DNA of 64,000 bases, taken from assembly GCF_009914755.1 (NCBI RefSeq), contig NC_060941.1. The stretch is one strand, 5' to 3'. The translations under genes and the position numbers were made by a program. This DNA is from the human T2T-CHM13v2.0 reference genome, Homo sapiens. This document shows positions 49,970 through 64,000 of this stretch, piece by piece. Each line of letters begins with the position of its first letter. The stretch's first letter is position 1. The notes under the pieces are model-generated. The model saw only the letters and a program-made list of their open reading frames with translations. It had not been told where the DNA came from and made no database searches.

Positions 49970-50341
49970 GTGGGAGGCGGAAGGGCAGTGGGGCCAGGGC
50001 TGCAAAACTGGAAAGAAGAGCAAGCAGTGGGGCTTTGGCTGGATTTCCCCAACACACTCATCAGTAAGGCAAAACCAGAAGTGCTGATAGCACTCAGGGC
50101 AACGTTCCCCTCCTCCTGGCCATTCTGTGTTGATTGGCATGACAAGTGCGGAAGTGTGGGGGCTCTTTTGTCATCTTGGGACAGGCTGGAAGCTTCCATT
50201 CCCAGTGTGCATTTCTGCTCTGCGGGCTTGGTACTGCTGGTGGGAACAGCCCAGTTCTGGCCTCCCCAGGGACAATCACAGGGCGTGCAAACCTAAAGTC
50301 AAGGCCCCTTCAGAGGACTCTCCCTGTGGCCTGTAGACCTT
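49970..50341. promoter_or_regulatory. Candidate ETS/CCAAT promoter-like module
   Basis: GGGAGGCGGAAG, TGATTGGC (50131-50138), GCGGAAGTG (50148-50156). Confidence 0.35.
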
Positions 50342-50404
50342 GTAGGTTTCAATTATGCATTTGGTTTATTTCTGACTTGCTTCAACCCCTTTAGATCCTA
50401 ATAG

Positions 50405-50629
<225 letters not shown>

Positions 50630-50730
50630 TAGCTGTAAATGAGGGATAACAATTGCCTCTACTTTCCACAATTGCTATGAGGATTGAATAAAAGATGCAT
50701 GGCAAGTCATTGGCCTAGAGTATAGAGTAA

Positions 50731-51243
<513 letters not shown>

Positions 51244-51967
51244 TGAGCCAAGGAGAGAGAAATATAACATCCATGCATTTCCATCTGAGGAGTCTAAATT
51301 CCTTCTTTGTCCTTTTAATCTGGATTTTTTAGACCTATTAACTGTAAGAATGACTGTGTTGATTAAGCTCTCCTAATACATTTTTGAATTCATCACCAAA
51401 GCAGTAGGAGTCTGTCCTACATGTCTCCTCACCTCCCCACCCCACAAAACACCCCAGCCTACAACACAGAAGTTGCCCTTTGTTTTTGCTGACCCCAATC
51501 ACTGTCATAGCACTGGGTTGAGGGCCAGCCCAGCATTTCTGAGGATCATATCTTTGGTAGCCAATCCCTTGTCCCTCTGGACCTTCCTCTTCTTCCAGTA
51601 TCTCAAGGTCTTGTTGAAATCTTGAGAACACTGTTGACCTCCCTTCCAATGGTATGACCTAATTCATTTGCAAAGGGCTTATCTTCCAAAGGGAGAGAGG
51701 TCCATGATAGAAACTCAGCAATGTGATTATTGCATAATGTACTTGTTAAATTCAATGAACAGTAAAAAGTTCCTTGGCATAGCTTAAGCAAAAGACAGGG
51801 CTTGATTGGCTGGATGTGTCACAGAACCCAAGGGCTGAAGGGCAGTGGACCTTTAAGGCCTGGTACTCAGCAGGAAAGCCATCAGGATACAAGGCTGCCA
51901 TCTGCCTCATTGCCTGATGGCCTCTTATTTCTATTTTTTTTTTTCTGTATGTGAGCACCTTTTCATT

Positions 51968-52247
51968 CTTTTTTTTTTCTTAATTTTTTTTTGAGACGGA
52001 ATCTCGCTCTGTTGCCAGGCTAGAATGCAGTGGCGCAATCTTGGCTCACCGCAACATCTGACTCCCTGGTTCAAGCTATTCTGCTGCCTCAGCCTCCCGA
52101 GTACCTGGGATAACAGGCACACGCCACCATGCCCAGCTAAATTTTGTATTTCACCATGTATTAATTTTTGGGTTTCACCATGCTGGCCAGGCTGGTCTCA
52201 ATCTCCTGACCTCGTGATCTGCCTGCCTCGGCCTCCCAAAGTGCTGG
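51968..52247 (-). mobile_element. Alu (AluSc-like) with a rearranged linker
   Basis: TSD TTTTCATTCTTT. Confidence 0.93.
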
Positions 52248-53377
52248 AACTTTTCATTCTTCTATCTTCAGCCTGATCTTTTCTATTCTGCTTACGGATG
52301 GCTCAGATGTGGTTACCTGGGCCCTGGCTTTCCATGACCTCCCAATTCATAATTCTTCAGAGACCGATTACAGTGTATATTAATTTAAAACTTGTAGGAG
52401 GAAGACTCTGGATAGCCCAGCCAAGCCAGTGGATTGGCTCCCCCTGTGTCAGCTGTGACTCACCAGTCACCAGGTGCCAGAGGATGCAGCGTGCTCCTAT
52501 ATTTCCTGAACATCTTCATGCAAATAGGTTCTGGATAACACACCCCCTTGAAAGAGACTTTCCCCATGTTGGAATGGCATTCTGCACCCTTATGTACAGA
52601 CATAACCTCCTGCAGGCCGAGCAGCAGTGGCCTGTTTGGAGCAATTTTGTACCGTCGGCAGCATGACTCCTCAGTGGTCTGTGGATCTCCAGGTCAGAGC
52701 CCTCTGCCTGCAGGTTACATACAGGCTGAAATTTCACCAGCAGCAGCTAAAGTCAGGTCACAGCCCAGTCATTATAAATGCCAAATGTGTTTGGTCAAAA
52801 GATGACCTTTGTTATAAACTACAGGTCCCAAGAACATTGCCAGCTGGGAAGTACAAGATTCTTTTAAATCAAAGAATTGAGAGAAAATGCATAACTGTGC
52901 AAAATCACCAGCAAGGGTGCCTGGAAGCTACTGCTTCTTCTAGTCAAATGGAAATCTTTCAATGATGCCAGGTGGTGCTGTTAAGAAGCAGAATTCTTCC
53001 CCTAAGCCCACATGTTCATCAGGTTCCTTAAACCAACAGCTTGAGAAATTTAGATTTCCTTCAGCATTCTTTCAAACTCTGGGCCCAGTGATTTCTTCTG
53101 TAATTTTAGAAAAGCTTATTATGCCATTTCTTTGGGGGGCCTGGGAGAATCAACCCTTTCAGGTTTCAGTTTTCTCAGGGTGGAAATGGGAAGCTGAACA
53201 AGATGATCCCTATGGCCCCCTCAGTCCAGATTTTCTGTCATTCTGTGGCAAGAGTCCAGGCTTGGGTGAAGCAGGACTGACATGATAAACTTTGCATGGC
53301 TTAAAATATGAGGGCTCCCAAGCTCCTGGGTCTGTGCTCCTCTTTCATCTGTTTCATGGTCATGCCGTTTGGCTGGT

Positions 53378-53668
53378 CTTTCTTTCTTTTGTTTCTCTTT
53401 TCTTTCTCTTTCTTTCTTTCTTTCTTTCTTTCTTTCCTTCCTTCCTTCCTTCCTTCCTTCCTTCCTTCCTTCCTTCCTTCCTTCTTTCTTTCTTTCTTTC
53501 TTTCTTTCTGTCTTTCTTTCTGTCTTTCTTTCTTTCTTCTCTCTCTCTCTTTCCTTTCTCTCTCCCCTGCTCTCCCTCTCTCCCCCTTCCCCCTTCCTTC
53601 CTTCCCTCCTTCCTCCCTCCCTCCCTCCCTTCCTCCTTCCTTTTTCCTTTTTCCCTTCCCTTCCCTTC
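53378..53668. repeat. Compound (TTTC)n/(TTCC)n/(CCCT)n pyrimidine tract at an AluJ tail
   Basis: ~290 bp almost pure C/T. Confidence 0.95.
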
Positions 53669-53983
<315 letters not shown>

Positions 53984-54286
53984 TGAGCAAGCCTTGAGGC
54001 CTCTGTTGGAGAGTCTTCTTTGTACTAGTCCATCAACATCTTTTGTTCATTTGGATTCTCTGCTTTGAAGTTAGACTTGATAGTTGATTAGGACAGAAGC
54101 TAACCAGGGAGGGCTGAGAGAAGAGGTGTTCGAGAGAGAAAAAGTCCTCTCGCTGCTGCTGCTCCTGCCCCTGTTGCGGCAGGAACACTTCCGTCTTGTC
54201 AGTGTCTTGGAGGACCAAACATATTTTGACATATCCTAAGACATCTAGAATGATCCAAAAATTATCAGAAGGCTTGGAAATAAAAG

Positions 54287-54710
54287 TAGGATTCTATGAC
54301 TAAAAGGGTCCTTAGAGTAAGTTAGTTTAATGTCCTCATCCAGCCAGGGATTTCTGCTCCATCGTCACCAAGAGGTAGTCAATGAACCTTTCTTTGTATA
54401 GCCCAAGTGATGGGGAGCTCACTACCCCCTGAAAAAGCTCATTCAATTTCTGAACATCTCCAATCGTATCAGTTTGTTCCACCTGCCCAGCTCTGATGGG
54501 TCCCCCTTAGGAGCTACTCACCTGAAGATGAATCTTGGGTCGCCAGTTTAATCCTGCAGATATTTGTAAATTGTGAGCTCGTTCATTGGAATCTTCCCCT
54601 TTCCAGGCTAGGCAGCCTGAGAACCAGCAATTGCTTTTCTAAGCATTCCAATTCCCGCCTCATTTTGGAGGGCACTTTAGAACTCTGTTCTTCAGGTGTG
54701 ACCTGACTCA
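54287..54710 (-). mobile_element. L3/CR1 fragment
   Basis: AGTGATGGGGAGCTCACTACC; CAGATATTTG; CTTTTCCAGGCTA. Confidence 0.7.
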
Positions 54711-56185
54711 CACAAAATAAGCAGTTGTGAGCTTCTCCCCAATTCTCTAATGCCTTTGGAAAAGCTGTTTACTCACAGGTATTTGCCAAGGAGGCAGAGG
54801 GTGTGTTTCAGCTTCTTGGGTTCTGTGTAGGGGCATTTAGATCAAGTAGTATGTCAAGAACAGATTGGCCTGGCTCTGAACGTCTGGGAAAATCCTAATG
54901 CCCCGCTTTTTGTCAGCTCTTTCCAGGCCTTTCTTATAGAATGTAAAAGCAAAAATAGTTCTCATAGATAATCTGCCTTAGCCTCTCTTCCCATTTTACA
55001 GGTGGGGAAGACTGAGTCCCAGAGGGAGGAATTGGATGTCACTCAGTGCTAGAAAAATTGGAGCCAAGGTCTTCTGGTTCTCAAGTTCAGTGAGATCACC
55101 TTTCATCTAAAAGAGAAATGCGGATGATCCCTGAATGTCTTTGGTGCCTGGGATCCATAGGAGCTTTGGGCCCATGGAACTTGGATACCCATCTTCTTCC
55201 CGTGGTCTGTGATTTCTCCCATGCTGATCCTGTATCTGCACTCTGAGCTCGGGAGTCACTGCCTCCAGCCTTGATCTTTCTTCTCCTGCCCCCACCATCT
55301 CTGGAACTCAGCCTCTTTCCAAGTCATCAACTTATTCTCACAAAGGCAAGAATAAAAGAAAATCTGTTAATAGTCAACCAACTTTGCTAAACAAGCAACT
55401 CTTTCAGGGTGACTATTTATTGCTACTTATGATGACAGATTATCTTTCTGATTTCCCCCAGCACATGTCTCCAGAGGAAATTAGATACAGTATTTTCCTT
55501 AAGCGGGGCCAGGAGAGAAAATGTTTCTATAAATACTTAACAACTTGTCAGGGGAGATTACAAATATTGGCACGTCCTTCACAATGTCATGTTGGTTACT
55601 GAAACTGTTATAAGAAATCAGGATGGTTTATTTTCTTCCTGCTCCAAGGTAGCACTACATTTTCTGAGGCTGGAAGAGGTGCTCCCAAAGGACACCAGAC
55701 TCAAGTCCAGGATTCTGGCCTCCCCCGCCTCTGTCGCCCCACCAGGGTCAGAGAGCTCTGGGTCCATTCGCTCCACTATTTTCCTGCAAAGGGACCTTGA
55801 GTAAACCCCTTAGCTCCTTAGCGTCTCAGTTTTCTCTTCTGAATGATAAGGATGCTATGACTCATCTCAAGGTATTGCAAAGATCAAATGAGGTGTTGCA
55901 TGAAAATCCCCTTATACATGGTGGGTGAGCCACACATACAGATCCTGTTGTGTCCCCCTCCTGGTCCATGAAGACCACCCTTATCAACAGATATGGACTG
56001 CACAAAGCCTCATTGTCTTCCTACTTCCAGTGTTGTTTAGGAGGAATTTGACCATAACGAGAATAATACGTGCAGTTAATAAAAACTAGCACTTCTCAAT
56101 CTCTTACTCTGTGGCAGGATTGTTCTAAGGCCTTCACGTGGATTAAGTCATTTAATCCTTCCAACAACCTTATGAGAGAGGTACT

Positions 56186-56420
56186 ATGGGTTTAGTATCC
56201 CTTATCTGAAAACCTGAAATCCGAACTGCTCCAAAATCTGAAACTTTTTTCGTGTCGACATGAGGCTCAAAAGTGACGACGCTCATTAGAACATTCCAAA
56301 TTTTGGATTTTTGGATGAGGAGTGCTCAACCAGTATGTATAATACACATATTGCAAAATCTGGGAAAAATCTGAAAAACACTTCTGGTCCCAAGCATTTT
56401 CAATAAGGGAAACAGTTTGT
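56186..56420. mobile_element. Tigger4a/MER46-like DNA element inside a MIR (~56085-56515)
   Basis: AGTATCCCTTATCTGAAAA...CTTCTGGTCCCAAGCATTTT. Confidence 0.75.
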
Positions 56421-56584
56421 AGTAGCATCTCTCTTTTACAGAGGAGGAAACGGAGGCAAAACAACCTGCTCACAGCCACAGAGGCGGAAGTGACGGGGCT
56501 GAGATTGGTCTCAGGCTGTGATATTCACTGCACTAAATTAACAAGCTATGTGGTCCCTGAAGGAGGGCTGGTTCTAATTCCTTT

Positions 56585-57470
<886 letters not shown>

Positions 57471-57910
57471 CTCACACGTGGTTTCATTCATAGAGTTTGT
57501 TGTGAGCCCTCCACGGTGGCCACTTCCTCAGCAGCTTTGTGCCCCCTCACTGTGAGTTCACCTGGTGGATCCTGAGCTGGGCTGGCCTCCAGCGGGGTGG
57601 TGCCTCAGCAGCCTCCACCTCATTTCTAGGTCCCATCCCCCTTGGCACTCAGGTCCAAAAGGTCTTGGTGCTATCTTGGGTGGACAGGAAGTGATTTCCA
57701 GTTCTTGGCCTTCTCTGGGAGGCATCCCTCTTGGCTGCAGCCTGGGGAGGGCTATGTGGTTTTAGCCTCCACATACTGCTACTGTGTTGCTTTGCATTTC
57801 ATTTCTTTTAGAAGCCTTGCTTTAAAACCTGCAGAGATATCCCTTCCTTATTTTTGAATATGCATGCATTCCCCCTCAACACTAGAAAAGTTTGGAGTGG
57901 AAAGTAGAGG

Positions 57911-58315
<405 letters not shown>

Positions 58316-58534
58316 TAATCAGCGTATACAAAAGAATATATATAATATTTATTATAACTCATAATAATATATAATAATAAGACATAGACCTGTGAGTTGG
58401 CTCCTAACTTATCACCAAGACAAGACCAGTACTGTTGAGGTCACGGCATGTTCCTTCCGGATCCCATCTCTTTGCCTCCCCTCATGCCCAGGAAACAGCT
58501 CCTCTTGGGTATTTTCTGTTTATCTTTCTCTTGA

Positions 58535-58912
<378 letters not shown>

Positions 58913-59559
58913 TCACCAAATTTTTTTAATGCATGGAAGTGCCATAACATTGGCTCTTTATCACTGTACTATAAATTTACAAAAATAATTATGAAGCTGC
59001 AAAAATAATGAAAATACATTGTCACATGAATGGACCAACGAGTCCATGGAACAGAACACAGAAATGAACAGACTCAAGTCTGTAAGGAAATTTTCTCTAT
59101 AATAAAACAGGTAATCTAAATCAAGGCATTCAAAAAAGATGTAGGGCCATTTGTTACCTATTTAGAATGAAATACATTCTAGATTCTTATCTCACGCCTT
59201 ACATAAAAAGGAATCGGGAATGTCCAGAAAGACAGTGGTCGAGGCAGAGCTGGCTGTGTTTCTCTGCAGACGTGTGCTATTTCCCCCTCACTGGATCTGT
59301 GCTGCACTTGAGTTATTGTGGGGAGAATGGGATCAAGGCACAGGAGAGACCTTGGCAAGTGGGAAAATGGCTATCTACGTTCCCTGAGTCTCACCTGCTT
59401 CCAGATCCTGCTGTGTCACAGAAACCCCGCCTGCCGGCAGCCAGTGCCTGGGGAAGACCCTGGGCTTCTGAGCACCCCTTCTCTAAAGAAGCCTGTCCTG
59501 CTGGAGGTCCTAATTAAACACAGGACAAGCCAGCGTCTGCAGCGACGCCTTTGACAGGG

Positions 59560-60130
59560 GAGATAGCTGGTGCGTGGCAAACCCGGCCATTTATCAAACG
59601 TACACACTTGCATTGCTCAGTGGGTTTGGGGGCCACATTAATAAATCACTTTTTTATTTGAAAGCACCTCCCAACACACAGTAGAGCCACTTGAGTCATC
59701 TCTCTGTCCAGGGCTTGGCTTCCACAGGGCCCTTCCAGCCAGCCTGGTTATTTTTAGCTGTAATTAAAATCACAACATATGGTGTCATGGACCCCATTTC
59801 TGCTAACTGATGTGCAAGCAGTTTTTTTTTTAATTATTAAACTGACTGTAAAAACTTTTTAATTTGGGGGTATTTAGAGTGTTCAAGGAGAAAGCCACTC
59901 TAACATTCATGCCAGATGACAGCTAGTCAATGAGAGGAAAAAACACCCCACGCTAGCTCCGTCGATCTCTCTGCTCTAGCCGCACTAAATTACAGAATTA
60001 ATAGGCTCTTAGAAAAGACTGACACACAGTTACTGTGAGAAAGACAATTAAATGTGGAAACCCACTTTTCTCACCGCATTTAATTTTAACAGGAGGCTTT
60101 GAGACTCAATAAATCTCTTTTCTATTTCTT
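59560..60130. promoter_or_regulatory. Candidate developmental enhancer
   Basis: Non-repeat DNA dense in TAAT/ATTA, CCACTTGA, TGAGTCA, CATATG and CAGATGACAG. Confidence 0.45.
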
Positions 60131-60204
60131 CTCCGCTTTCCCATAAGTTCTTCAGAGAAGCACCGAGAACGTTTAAGAGGCTTCTCCCTCTTGATCATCT
60201 CTAA

Positions 60205-60658
<454 letters not shown>

Positions 60659-61812
60659 TGTTCATTCATTTCTTTATTCCCTTGGTCAACACTCCAGCTG
60701 TCTTGCTTTCTCTAGGGGCTAAGCTAAAGGGATTGGTGGGGCTGCTCTTGCTGTGGTTAAGTTCAGTCTAAAAGAGATATAAGCAGGTGATTAGGTACCT
60801 GGAGTGAGACAGAGGGAGCTGGAGGCACCCAGAGGAAGAGTCAGTTGACACACACAGGTGCCCTCCGCCCTCCCTGCGCCCACACCATCCAGCACCATGG
60901 CTTCTGCCCGCAGGTGTCCGGTGCTCACCTGGCATGAAATATGCACTTGCTAAGTGGGTCCCTAATTGACTCAACTTGTTAACCTCTTAGTCAAGTCCTC
61001 CCAAGGTTATGCTTCCAACTCAAATCAGGCTGCTCTCTGTCCCACATGCTCTCGTGATTAATTGCAAAGAAAAATCCTTTCTGAAGAGAAGGGGAAGAAT
61101 TTTTTTTTTTTTTTTTTGGTTAAGATCCTGCTCTTCTCCCAGCCTCAGCTGTTCAGCAGTCAAGTATTTGTCATATTTGAGTCCTTTAACCACTAGTCAT
61201 TTCTGACTAATACCCAGTAGGCAGACATGGGGTAAGATTTCCAAGATGATAAATGCTTCCCTTCTTATCTTTTGATATCTGGAAGTAGAAAATTTCAAGG
61301 AAAAAGGGTTTTACACCAAGACGACCATAAATCTCATTGTGTTCACAACAGAAGGCTGACCAGAGGAGTTTATTAAATCCGTAAAGGATTTGATGTATAT
61401 CAAACTGTTACATAAAGTCAATACTTTGGCGAGAAATGGACAATAAATACTCAGCAAGAGGCAATATTTCTATCAGGGAGAAGGCAATCGCATAAAGATT
61501 AGGGGAGCAATTTCAATATTGCGTGTCTCTCCGCAGTGAGACAGGTCTTGTTTTCCAGAATGATCACGGGGGAAAGAGTAAAGGTGGGGCAGGCAGCCTT
61601 CTGGGCTCAGCTAATCCCACCATCAAGCTCAGACGAGGAGTTATGGACTGAACCTTTTGGTCCCCTCCCCAAATTCATACATTGAAGCTCTAACTCCCAG
61701 TGTGGCTGTTTATGGAGATGGGACCTCTAAAGAAGTAATTAAGGCTAAAGGAGATATAAGGGAGGGGTCCTGATCTGGTAGGATTAGTGTCCTTATAAGA
61801 AGAGACACTGGA

Positions 61813-62149
<337 letters not shown>

Positions 62150-62231
62150 CTATCACTCACCTGCACAAAGGGGCCATGGAAGCCACAGTGATTCGGCAGT
62201 GATCTGCAAGCCAGGAAGAGAGGCCTTATTA

Positions 62232-62532
<301 letters not shown>

Positions 62533-63074
62533 CCACCATGCTGGCAGCCTGATCTTAGAGCTTCAGCCTCCAGAACTGTGAGTAGACCAATGCAATGGCC
62601 CGTCTCCTCTTGGGAAGGCTGATCTCACTTTGAAATTGCAAGATGGCCACCTTCCTCAGCATCTAAAGGCCACAGTGCAGACAGGAAACCCAAATCATAT
62701 TGCTGTCTAAATAATCGCAGCTTCTACACTTAATCTATGTGCTTTTCAGATATCGTCTCATTTAAGTAGCAGCTTCTTGAGGGAATCCTCACATCAATCT
62801 TTAAAATAAATAGTGATGATGCCCCGATTTTCCATCTGGAAACTGCAAAGCTCAGAGATACTAACTTACTCAGGACCACACGGATGATTATTGGGAGGGT
62901 CAAGATGGAATCCAGTTTCGGTGGTTTCCAGGATGGTCAAAGGACCATTCCGCTATTCTGCATCTTGAAGTCATCCTCTTTCCAGTGAGACGGTTAAGGC
63001 TTGGAGTTATGTCTACAAAGACCAATCATCTAGAAGAGGAAGGGAAAGTTTAGTTAATGCTCTAGATAAGTTAT

Positions 63075-63803
63075 CTATACAACACTAAGCATCTGAATAG
63101 TTTGATTCATCCACATATTCCACTGTCTGACCCAGATGTTCCCCAGCAGGGCTGAATGCTCTTTGAAAGGATAGACCATTTCTCTTCCTTTCCTTCCTCC
63201 TTTTAATGAGCACAGCCCCTTCCTTCCACCATATGTGTGGAAAATAAATGAAGGAAGTGGTGTCTGAGTGAGCACAGCGATGGTGTGAATATTGAGAGGC
63301 CACTGCGGAGAGAGTGAGCACTTGTCCTCTGGGAGTGGCCACTTCTCATCGCTTTTGTGTGTCATGCTTTGTCTTTCCAACAGATCTATGGGCAGTTGAG
63401 AGTGGGGCCGTGGCTTTGCATCCCGCGGCCCCTTCCCCTGTGCTGAAGATGCTCTGTGCGGGGTGTGCTCTTGGTGAGGGAGTCCCCTCTTCCCCGTACC
63501 CCCTCCTAGGCATGGCTCGGGGGGACCCACAATTGGAATGCAGGGTCCTTTCAGTCTTAGGAATTCTTTGGTGCTTCCAGGTCTCATTTGGGGAGCAGAT
63601 ATTGTTGTCAAAGTTGGGGGGCCAGGCTGAGGGCCCCACACACTCACAGCTATTTCTCCCTGGAATCTTGGTACCCCCACCCAGGTCAGTGTCAGGTAGC
63701 TGAGCCCAGGAATCCACTGTTCTAGGACCACAGACCTCTCTTCTTCCTTCACCTCTGGTGGAGCTTTCTCTCTAACTGGTGTGAGAAACCCCATAGTCCC
63801 CAT
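63075..63803 (-). other. Orphan ORF of 242 codons, function unsupported
   Basis: ATG in AAAATGG context; no recognisable domain or repeat origin. Confidence 0.12.
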
Positions 63804-64000
63804 TTTTCCTAAACACTCATTGCCAGCAAATCCCACCTTCTTCCTTCTTCTGTTCCATCTGTGAGTCCTCAAAGTCCTCCACTGGGCTTAGGAAAAACCC
63901 AAAACCAGAAAGGCACATAGGTCTTTCTGCTTTTTGCTGTGACATAAACCTCCCTGAAGGTTCTGTGCCCTGAGCTGGTTTCCTGCTAGAATAGGAAGGA

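Overview
Human or great-ape genomic DNA, intergenic or deep-intronic, and dominated by interspersed repeats. It holds 34 Alus (27 on the minus strand), ancient L1M, L2, MIR and L3 fragments, several solo LTRs, one two-LTR non-autonomous ERV1 provirus with a tRNA-Ser PBS (19595-25997), and a 5'-inverted L1PA3-like insertion (39885-42571). I recognise no intact host protein-coding gene, RNA gene or CRISPR array, and I cannot place the locus. I found no convincing new biological system. The most unusual structures are: (i) a composite ~486-bp templated insertion that duplicated an ETS/CCAAT promoter-like module, one of several local templated-insertion scars; (ii) a ~1.75-kb AT-rich plus SATR satellite block captured inside an Alu, five levels deep; (iii) independent Alu insertions at the same homologous site in paralogous LTRs, seen in two LTR families; (iv) a possible decayed two-exon gene end on the minus strand (5.65-7.12 kb); (v) two motif-dense candidate developmental enhancers; and (vi) a 242-codon orphan ORF. 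Repeat family names come from recalled consensus sequences, not from a search, and boundaries of old repeats are approximate.
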